A stretch of DNA of 64,000 nucleotides. Source: Leucoraja erinacea. Its lineage: Eukaryota. Below the pieces are notes generated by a model. That model had not been told where the DNA came from, ran no database searches, and worked only from the letters and a program-made list of their open reading frames with translations. The stretch lies in the NCBI RefSeq assembly GCF_028641065.1, contig NW_026576484.1:1-64000 (forward strand). Reading direction: 5' to 3'. Of the stretch, positions 50,377-60,397 are shown piece after piece; the first letter of the stretch is position 1, and each line of letters opens with the position of its first letter. The translations under genes were made by a program, and so were the position numbers.

Positions 50377-53055
50377 CAGTGGTGTAGTCTAGTTTTTTGT
50401 AGTGGGTATACTGTGATGATTCCCTCCAAGCCTCTTCCACACCTGTCCTCTAAACACCGCCACACTCACACACTCACACACATACAGTAGCCTACAACCG
50501 CCATAAGTAATTGAGATTATTCAACACTCGATATTGTCATCAGTTTCTAGGACAATAAACAGCCAAATTAAAATCACCATTAGCCACTAGCATCAAATAA
50601 ACTATAAAGCATCAATAAATAAATAACTGTTGTCTATATAAACACTGTACTACTGTATATGTAACCGGCCTGGCCTCAGTATTAATGTGCTAAGGAGACG
50701 ACGGGATACTTGAGTCTTTTGCACAGGACATTTATTGCTGCTGCTGCTGCATGCTCTGTTTAGAGTTTTGAGACAAGAAAAAACAGAGCTAGTCATTTGT
50801 CAGAAACAATTACAACTCAATAAAATAAAATGCCCTATATAAGAAACAATAAATGCAAAAATACAAAATAAAAACATGTTCTTTAGAATTATGTTTCCCA
50901 TACAAAAATACTTAAATAATAAATTAAAATAAATAAAACATATCAGCAACTGTTCTAAGACGTCCCACACTCATACTTAATACAGCAATCGCACAGCATC
51001 ACAAAATACACGTTTTCAATCACAGTAAGTCCTATGCAAATAACATCTGTTCAGTGTATAACAGAGAAGAAAATCAGTACATCCGCAAAAACGACCAGCG
51101 GAGGGCGCATGACCCATGTAAAATAAAACAAACCCCACAATCCCTTCATTGTAAAAAAGTAACAAACAAAGGTGAATACACAGTTACATGAGAGATATTT
51201 TGTGGAATACAAACACTTTTCCATACTTGCTACTGTAGCAGGTATGGAAAAGTGTTTGTATTCCACTAAAAGGGATTTTGTCAACAATTGTTTTTCACTT
51301 TAAATGTAGTAACCTGCTAGTTTACAAAACTTTCCAAATTTGCTTGTACTCAGGCATCTGAGGTGTGCTCTGCCTTCTTGCTTGCGTGGCAGAGCGATGG
51401 CTTCGTAACCATATTGATACATATTTGCTTGGCTCAAAAAGGCCCATTGATGCTGATCATCATCAAATTGCTGACACTAGACAACAACATTCTAGATCTT
51501 TGGTCTGTGTACACAATATTCATCAGACTGAAGCCCCTTTCACACTCTGCAGTGCTGCAAGGGATGGTCTGCATGCAGTGGATGAGTGGTTTGAGGCATT
51601 CAGGTTCACTCTCTGGGTGCTCGATGAAATCTCTCATTCCATTGACAGTGTCTGACACAGCTCTCACAAGATTCCCAAGTAAATCCTGTCCACCCTTTTC
51701 AGTGAGCTCCTGAGCTATTTCGTGTGCCCTGGACATCTCATGCCGTCTGATCTTGTTTCTCAAGGAGGCCAGGGCTGTTGGTCTGCTTGAGCCTGATGAC
51801 TGGATCTTAAACATCACCCATTCCTCAGATATGGAAATTATTTTCTCTGTTAAGATGCCAGTAGATTTTGTTGAGCTGCAAATAGCACAACCTGGAAGTA
51901 AACAAAAACATGACTAATTAACATCATACAAGTAGTCGTTTTTGAATCTTTATTAGCAATAACACCTTCTGAACTGGATAAGAATCTATTCAAAATAATT
52001 GAATGAACTGTAAATAAGCTTCACTGTGACAATATCATTATAATTTAATTGTATAAAAGTGAAATTAATGTATCTTTAAGATGAAAATAAACCAGCTATA
52101 CTCTCATTTGCATAAAGTTGACCATGTGTTTATACCAGCTTTACAAGTTGGCTGATATTTACCTAACTTTCTGTCCTTCCATTCTAACCGAGAATGCCTG
52201 CTTTTAAACTCCCTAGCCTGACTCTCAGTCCATAGGGCTGGCCAGGAGTTATCATCTAGAAGGAACAAGGAGATATTCAGCACACACACACTCACAGTCT
52301 CACAGTAAAATGTGTAATAACTACGTTATTTACTACTTTACTACAACAAGATTGAGCTAGCAAGGCCGTTTAGTGAATATATGTGTGGTATTCATTCAGT
52401 TTGGGAAATCTCTTATAAGCTAGTAGCTAGTAGTCTAATATCTGCTAAAGTTCACTTGTATACGACTTTCACTTACCCGATACACTGCTGGCATCAGGCT
52501 CCGCTGTAGTTCCCTCTTCTTCATCTAACATCCTAATGACTGCTGGAGTGTCGTCCGAGGGGCAGCAGCAGGCTTGTTTTTTTTTAAATAAATGGCTAAG
52601 GGTAGTTTGTTGCTTCCGCTTCATATTTACTGTTGAGCCGCTGGACATCACCTCAGCGCCGACTGAGTTGATATCGCTGTCGTGACAGGTGACGTGACGT
52701 CAGGTCTAGGTCACGGGCGGTCACCACGGTCACGGGCATGGGCCATGGACGGAAGCCTCTGTATGGCTATTATAATGCTGCGTTCCATTGTACTCAGAAC
52801 TCGGGACTTTCCGACTTCCGACAAGGAAAAGTGCGACTCTGACAGAGACACAGCGCACAGGTTGAATTTATGAATGAAAGTATGACAGTTCTGTGACAGA
52901 ACTGTCATACTTTCATTCATAAAATAAACAGAACTTCTGTCACTATCGAAGTTGATACGTGTCATTGCGCATTTCTAAGTGGGCATACGGAAATGCTGGA
53001 GCTTTCTTAGTGGGTATACGGCGTATACCTGCGTATCACGTAGACTACACCTCTA
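50377..53055 (-). mobile_element. Internally deleted hAT transposon
   Basis: TIR CAGTGGTGTAGTCTA / TAGACTACACCTCTA (13/15); degenerate TSD; subterminal tagtgggtatac at both ends; transposase remnant inside. Confidence 0.85.
51434..52648 (-). pseudogene. Spliced hAT transposase remnant (KIAA1586/ZNF862-like); exons 52477-52648, 52163-52255, 51434-51891
   Basis: GT-AG phase-1 introns keep the frame; W...W...GCAIC...RRHEMSRAH zinc finger fused to the hATC motif IPCSTAECERGFSLMN...RSRM. Confidence 0.8.
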
Positions 53056-53516
53056 CATCACACTCACATTAACCACCCCCCAAACACACAGGTGGGGGGA
53101 GGGGGGGTGAGAAGAGGGGAGGGAGGGGAGAGGAGGAGGAAGTAACGGAACAGATTTGGGAGGGAAAGGAGAGCGGGGTAGGGGTTGAGAGAGGGGGATG
53201 GGGAGAGAGAGATGTGGGGGAGAGGGGGATGGGAAGGGAGGGGAGGAGGGAGGGAAGCGGAGAGGGGTGGGTGGAGAGAGAGGGGAAAGAGTGGGGAAGG
53301 AGGGTGGAGGGGGAAGGGGGGGGGGGGAGAGTAGTGGAAGAGTTGGGAGGGAGGGGGAGAGGGGTAGGGAGTGATGGAAAAAAAGGACAGAGGGGTAGGG
53401 GAAGGGGTAGGGGAAGGGGGGGAGATAGGGGAGGGAGAGAGTGAGGGGTGGGGCAGTGAGATGGAGCGGGGGGTGGGGTAAGGGGGAGTGGTGGAAGAGG
53501 TACAGAAGGGTAAGGG

Positions 53517-54379
53517 TAGCAATGTTACAACATTTTGAGATTAAAAAAATCAAGTCTGCAATTTATCCCATCAGATAAAGCATAACAATAAGTTTAATTT
53601 GACACCAAATTCACTTTCATATCTCAAGTATTAAAAAAGTTATGACCATTTTCATACTCGGAAATTAGCATCTTGTTCCCTATTGATTTTCAATGGACAT
53701 TACAAAAAAGCTGTGATCTTGGATAGTCAAAGCCCATTTCTTAAGGAAAGATTAACATTTTTAAATAGCCTAAGTGTCCAAAGATTATTCACAAATAATT
53801 CACAATATAACATGATTTTTATATCTAATTTACATTAATTTATAGGCCAAATGGAAGGAATTTAGTGTTCAATTGCTGTAAATAAATGCCCATTTAAATC
53901 GGCTTTCTAGTGGGTTCATGTGGAACGCGCTGGTTTAGAACGTTGACATAGCGCTGGATTAGTGCCCTCAAATGCCGAGAAAAATACTGCGGGATATAAA
54001 AAGCCCAAAATGAACTATTCGTTATAGATAACTTGATATATAGGGTTATATATATGCCCCATTTAATGTAAAAATAAGGTACATACCTTTAATTGTTTGC
54101 TTTATAAAACCCTGGGGCTGCGAGAGGTTGCGAAATGAGACAGTAATTTTAAAACTATTAGAACTATATTATCGAGGCCTATAAAACTAATAATACCTTT
54201 TGCGACCGGGTCTTGCAGCGATTTTTCGTTAATGATTTACTAGGCTGAACATGTGCGATTAGTACAGCCTAGTAAAAATCGCGTTTTAAACCCGCCCCCT
54301 CCAAACAGCGCCAAAATCGCCGACATGGCTGAGGGCAGATTCCCAATGATGATTCAGGTAGGTTTTTGTAACATACCTA
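53517..54379 (-). mobile_element. Second complete copy of the 7-bp-TSD DNA transposon family
   Basis: Reverse complement of 27435-28448; TSD gtaaggg at 53510-53516 and 54380-54386. Confidence 0.85.
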
Positions 54380-55019
54380 GTAAGGGGAAGGGGGCGGGGG
54401 AAGAGAGAGGTGAGGGGGTGGGATAGAGAAGGAAGGGGTGGGGGGAGAGAGGGATGGCTTGGGAGGATGAGGGGAGAAGGGTGAGGGGGAGGAGAGAGAG
54501 GGGGGGGAGAGATGTGTGGGGGTAGGCGAGAGAGGAGGAAGAGTGTGGAGGGAGGGGAAGAGTGTGGAGGGGGAAAAGGGGATGGGGGTGGGAGGAGGAG
54601 AGGTGTGAGGAGAGAGAGAGCAGAGAGGGGTGGGGGAGGAGGGGGAGAGGGATGGGGAGGGGGAGGGAGGTGTGGGGAGGAGGAATGGGGGGGCAGAGAG
54701 GAGGAGGGAGGGGTTGGGGGAGGGAGGGGGAAGAGTGTGGAGGGAGGGTGAAGAGGGGGGGGGGGAGAGGGGAGAAAGAGTGGGGAGGGATAGTGGGGTA
54801 GGGGATAGAGGGGAAGGGAGGGGGTGAGAGGGGTGGGGGATGGAAAGGGGTGGGGTGAGGGAGAGAAGTGGAAGAGTGGGGGGAGGGAGCGGTAGGGGGA
54901 GTGGTGGAAAGAGGGACAGAGGGGGGTAGGGGGAGGGGGCAGGGGGGAGAGGGGAAGGGGGGTGTGGGTTAGAGAGGGATAGGGGTGAGGGGAGGGCGAG
55001 GGGTGAGGAGAGGGAAATT

Positions 55020-55535
55020 TAGAAACATAGAAATTAGGTGCAGGAGTAGGCCATTCGGCCCTTCGAGCCTGCATCTCCAGTCAATATGATCATGGCTGAT
55101 CAACCAACTCAGTATCCTGTACCAGCCTTCTCTCCATACCCCCGATCCCTTTAGCCACAAGGGCCACATCTAACTCCGTCTTAAATATAGCCAATGAACT
55201 GGCCTCAACTACCTTCTGTGGCAGAGAATTCCAGAGATTCGCCACTCTCTGTGTGAAAAATGTTTTTCTCATCTCGGTCCTAAAGGATTTCCCCCTTATC
55301 CTTAAGCTGTGACCCCTTGTTCTGGACTTCCCCAACATCGGGAACAATCTTCCTGCATCTAGCCTGTCCAACACCTTAAAAATGTTGTACGTTTCTATAA
55401 GACCCCCCATCAATCTTCTAACATCTAGCGAGTACAAGCCGAGTCTATCCAGTCTTTCTTCATATGAAAGTCCTGACACCCCAGGAATCAGTCTGGTGAA
55501 CCTTCTCTGTACTCCCTCTATGGCAAGAATGTATT
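55020..55535 (-). mobile_element. CR1 3' end, (TTTCTATG)n family
   Basis: ORF 55090-55479, C-terminal ORF2. Confidence 0.9.
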
Positions 55536-56917
55536 TGGCAAAGGAGATGGAGAGAGGGGTGGGGGAGGGGAAGAGGGAGGGGAGGGGGGCAGGAGGGAGA
55601 TACGGTGGGGGAGGGGAGGGGGAAGATTGTGGAAGGAGGGGGGGTGGGGGGAGAGAGGGGAAAGAGTGGGGGGGGGGGGGAGAGGGGGGATGGGTGTAGG
55701 AGGAGGAAGGGGAGGAGAGGGCTGAGGAGGAGAGTGAGATGGAGAGGGGGAGGGGCAGGCAAAAAGAGAGAGTGATAGGGGGGAGGGGGAGAGAGGTGTG
55801 GGCATGGGGGGAGGGAGGGGAGGAGGGAGATGGGGTGGGGGAGGAAGGGGGAAGATTGTGGAGGGAGGGAGGGGAAAGTGTGTGGGGGAGAGTGGGGGAG
55901 GAGGAGGGAGAGAAGTGGAAGAGTGGGGAGGGAGGGGAGAGAGGTGTGGGGAGGGGGGGCGGAGGGAGAGGGCGGGAGGGCTGGGGGGAAGGGAGGGGGA
56001 GGGTGTGGAGGGGGAGGGGGAGAGGGGAGGTGGGGGGGAGAGAGGGGAGAGAGAGGGGAATTAGGGGGGAGGGATAGTGGAAGGGGGGGGGGGGGAGGGA
56101 CAGTCCATCTGTTCCCCATTCCCTTTCACCCCAAATCCTCTTTCTCTATTCTCACACACGTGATGACACAGGCTGCGGGGGTGGGGGGGAGGGGCTGGGG
56201 ATGGTGCAAATGCATATGTAAATAGATCCATTCCGATTGGACATATGTAAACCTTAGGCATTGTGACCAAAGATTATAGAGGAGCAAGATAGACCACTCC
56301 TCGAAAAACGCGTAGTATCAGGTGTGTGATCGTCGACGCCATTTTTTGAGGCATTTTATTGGGCTTCCCCCACACTGTCATGGCGTCCTTATCTAAATTT
56401 CATCTCACTGCTCTGCTTTCAATTATTTGGGTCCAAAAGAGGATAGAAAGAAAATACTTAATGGTCTTTGTAAGAAGATTTTAATAAGCTCTTCTACATT
56501 TAAGGTAAATTGACATATTAGAGGCAAAAAGCATCTTCAATATACAGGTCTCTCCACACAACTGAAAACAATTGCATTTAAGTGATATATCATCCATTGT
56601 TCAGGCATGTAGCACTAGGTTACAATAAACTTCCTACATATTCCAGGAATGTATCTCATAAAAATGGAAGAGGCTTAAATGCATTGTAAAATCATAAATC
56701 CATGTTGACTTGGACTAATTATTTTACTGCTATCCAAATGCCCCATTATTACATCTTTAATAATTGACTCCAGCATCTTTCACACCACCAAAGTCAGGAT
56801 AACTGGTCTGTAATTCCCCGTTTTCTCTCTCGCTCCTTTCTTGAAAAGTGGGATAGCATTAGCTATCCTCCAATCCACAGGAATGATCATAAATCTATTG
56901 ATCGTTGGAAAACGATC

Positions 56918-57050
56918 ATATGTATAAATATATATGTATGTGTATATATGCATGTATGTGTATATATGCATGTATATGTATATGTGTGTATATATGTATG
57001 TATATATATGTTTATATGTGTGTATGTATGCATATAAATGTATCCATATG
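56918..57050 (+). repeat. (TA/TG)n microsatellite abutting an assembly gap
   Basis: tatatgtatgtg runs up to the Ns at 57051. Confidence 0.9.
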
Positions 57051-57491
57051 NNNNNNNNNNNNNNNNNNNNNNNNNNNNNNNNNNNNNNNNNNNNNNNNNN
57101 NNNNNNNNNNNNNNNNNNNNNNNNNNNNNNNNNNNNNNNNNNNNNNNNNNNNNNNNNNNNNNNNNNNNNNNNNNNNNNNNNNNNNNNNNNNNNNNNNNNN
57201 NNNNNCCTTTATGGTTCATGCACATCATCTTACAAGACAAATTATTTAATAGTGATTATTTAAATCAAAGTTGCTTCTGATCCATGAGAATAAACTTAAT
57301 TATCTCTAACTTGCCTCTCACACACAGACACACATTCATATAAATATATAAAATATGTATACGTTAAATTTAATTTTGTGCAGTGTGTGTTAAAGCAATA
57401 CAAGGGAAACTGCACAATACAATGCAAGGGAAACTACGCAAAGGAGGGGGCTGTTCCCGCTACAAGATACTCGAGGATCTTTACTTTGGAT

Positions 57492-57522
57492 CAAAGATTA
57501 TAGCGGAGCTCTATAATCTTTG
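57492..57522. mobile_element. 31-bp micro-MITE
   Basis: CAAAGATTATAG-cggagct-CTATAATCTTTG; perfect TSD ctttggat at 57484-57491 and 57523-57530. Confidence 0.85.
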
Positions 57523-57939
57523 CTTTGGATCTCAGCGGGTGGCATACCGGAAGTCGCGTGTCGCATTAGGAAATGGCGGCCGTGACGTTCCGTCACGTAC
57601 TACACGTCAGTCCATTGGATTTCAGAGGAGTGGTCTATCTTGCTCCTCTAGGATCTTTGATTGTGACATCACACGATGGAACGTTCACCAGGGGCTGGGG
57701 CTGCTTCTATGGGTGAGAAGCCAGTTAAACACGCCGAAAAGTAATCAGGAGTGGATACTTAGAAAGAAATGTGAAATCTCTACCGAAATGGAAAAAGTCT
57801 CGGCGATTCTGCGTCTGGTGTCGACGTAGCAACGAATCAAAGGCAGAAAGGCGGCCGGCAGGCTGCCGGACGGACGGAAGGGGGACGGACGGTGGCAGCC
57901 ACAGAGTTTTAAAGATAGATAGATAAATAGATAGATAGG

Positions 57940-58820
57940 TAGCCAATCTTACCCCAGCGCTGCACTTTCAATACTTCCACCACTTAATATTGAATAACCT
58001 TTCAGTATTGTACTTTAAGACGCTGCCAATCGTTTACCCCTATACTGACCCTCTCAATTGTCCCGACCTTCAGACAGCTGTTGACTAATCCTCAGACAGC
58101 TAATCCAACTATCTTGACCCCCAGTAATTAATACTGACCCTCATAACTAATAACCCTATTGACCTGAACCCTCCGTACACCAGAGTTTGCTAGACTACTA
58201 TTCTTTTATCTTGTTGGCATCCCCAACACAAGCACGCAAAAGATTAATTTGTCCTGATCAGCGAAGCGGGGGAAACCGATGCGAAATGGAGACGAGGAAA
58301 CACTTTTTCTCACAGTGAGTTGTGAGTCTGTGGAATTCTCTGCCTCTTCTCGGCGGAGGCCTGTTCTCTGGATATTTTCAAGAGAGAGCTAGATAGGGCT
58401 TTTAAAGATAGCGGAGTCAGGGGATGTGGGGATAAGGCAGTAACGGGGTACAGATTGGGGATGATCAGCCATGATCACATTGATGGTGCTGGTTCGAAGG
58501 GCCGAATGGCCTACTCATACACCTATTGTCTATTAAAAACCACACTGTGGCACTCATTTCACCTCTTGAAATCTGGAACGACTCAACTCGCTGACCACAA
58601 ACTTATGTCTGGGGCTCCGTTGAGATCCCGGATGAACGCCCCCAATGTAAATTCCGGTTCAAGACTTACCTCCCTTTGTCTGGTTTAGTCAAACACTGTC
58701 AAACTCTGGTTCCAAAACCTTACTTTATTGAAGAACAAACTGCAAGGTGGTTGCCGATCCACTTGCGCAAGACAACAATATCTCGTGCTTCTCTTCTAAG
58801 TCACAATCAACCGACACACC
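57940..58820 (-). mobile_element. Endogenous retrovirus remnant: LTR 3' end, tRNA-Pro-like PBS and leader
   Basis: Minus strand: AATAAA (58724-58729)...TTTACA (ends 58646), T, then TGGGGGCGTTCATCCGGGAT (58625-58644); CR1 fragment inserted at 58275-58535. Confidence 0.6.
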
Positions 58821-60397
58821 CAATAGAAGGGTTTCGGCCCGAAACGTTACCTATTTCCTTCGCTCTATAGATGCTGCTGCACCCGTTGTGTTTCTCCAGC
58901 ATTTTTGTGTACCATCCCAAAGAATTACCCACACTCTTATACCCTTCAAAACTAAGGGCTTAACATTACTTGGAGGAGGCAACCCCTACAAACCAATCAC
59001 ACATATTGATCACATTATACAGTTGTTGACAGTTCCCCAATCCAATCACAAAGCATCCTATTACAATGTTTCTACAGAAGCTTCTGGAAAGAAGTCAGTT
59101 GACCAAGTAATGCAACATTCTCCTGGGGGGTATAAACAATTCAAACAAGGCTTCACACTTCAGCCAATCATCAAGCAGCAGTACAACCACCTTGCTACAT
59201 TATTAACAATACCTTTACACACACCCTTCTATAACCAATCCCCACTTTGCATTTGTAGACCTTCTTATCTCTTTCTGCCAACCCCCATACATTTTAACAA
59301 AGTAAAGAGATCTGGACCTCTCCTGATCATCAACTTCCATCTGGGGTCCAGACTCCTTGGAGCCATAACTCCATCTTGCAACTTCCACAGAAAGAGGCCA
59401 AGCTGGCCCTGCAAATTACATGATCCTTCATTTTATAAGAGCTGTATTTTTGGTCAATATTAACAATCCCACATACTCATCCACTTCTTACACATTAGGG
59501 GTAATTTTTACAGAGGCCAATTTACCTACAAACCCGTATTCGGGATGTAGGAGGAAACCCATCCATTCACAGGGAGAACGTGCAAACTCAACAATAACTG
59601 CACCAAGGATAAGATCATACTCGGGTCTCTTGAGCTGTGAGGCAACAGCTCTACCAGCTACACCACTGTGCCGTCCTGAATTGAAAAAGATAAATAAATC
59701 TTACTAATCGGTGATATAAAAATGTCCATACTCAATGCAGCGAGGGAAGTATCTCGAATATAACCTGACAATTCTGGTTAAAAATGTTCTGATACATGAA
59801 ATGTTGCTGACCTCCAGTCTTGTGATCTACTCATCATCTCCACCTCACCAACTAAAAGGAGGGTTCTGACTCAAAAGGTCACCTGCCCATGTTCTCCAGA
59901 GATGCTGCCTGGCCCACTGAGTTACTCCAGCACTTTTGTACTTTTCTGTAAACCTGTATCTGCAGTTCCTTGTTTCTGCACAAAGGATAAGTTGCAACTG
60001 AACTAACTATAAATTGAAACTATATAGAATGACAAAAATAAACTTACAGAGTGACATTTTCTCAATTGTATTCTAGAAGTGAGGAACATTATGATCATCA
60101 TCTCCTCTGTCGTCCATTACACTGCATTTGTTCTACTCTAGTGTTACTTCATCATAGTTGAGAAATTCTACTGAACCAAAAACAGAGGAACATTTTGTAA
60201 TATTTGGAAAACTCAACTCGTGAGGTTTTCACCCCAACTTGTTAACTTTTGTTGTGTCAGGTAAAAAGGCTCCCCCAATGCTTCTTGATAGCAAACTGTG
60301 AAAGACAAATGGAATTGTAAAATAATAAAATGAGGTTGTTGGAGCGAATTGTGTGTTATTTTGTGCCGTACCCATACCCTATATCTGACTTTACTCA

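Larger units (their letters stand above)
53090..56100 (+). repeat. G/A-rich low-complexity tracts (53090-53515, 54380-55015, 55540-56100)
   Basis: Almost pure purine runs of G3-G12. Confidence 0.9.
56268..57659. mobile_element. P-like non-autonomous element (CAAAG termini, 8-bp TSD)
   Basis: TIR of about 32 bp, CAAAGATnnTAGAGGAGCAAGATAGACCACTCCT; perfect TSD attgtgac at 56260-56267 and 57660-57667; spans an N gap. Confidence 0.8.
50281..57919 (-). mobile_element. Non-autonomous Helitron with several nested elements
   Basis: 3' hairpin and CTAG identical to the 38731-38760 terminus; candidate 5' end A|TCTATCTTTAAAACTCTG (exact position ambiguous in an ATCT repeat). Confidence 0.65.

Noticed and set aside
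54361-54369. RSS nonamer GGTTTTTGT
   Set aside because: Lies in a transposon TIR with no heptamer at 12 or 23 bp; scattered CACAGTG heptamers elsewhere lack nonamers
53053-56225. Pro-rich and Gly/Arg/Glu-rich ORFs
   Set aside because: Translations of G/A low-complexity tracts
58747-59463. 238-aa plus-strand ORF
   Set aside because: Runs through a short repeat insertion, has no recognisable domain and is antisense to the ERV remnant
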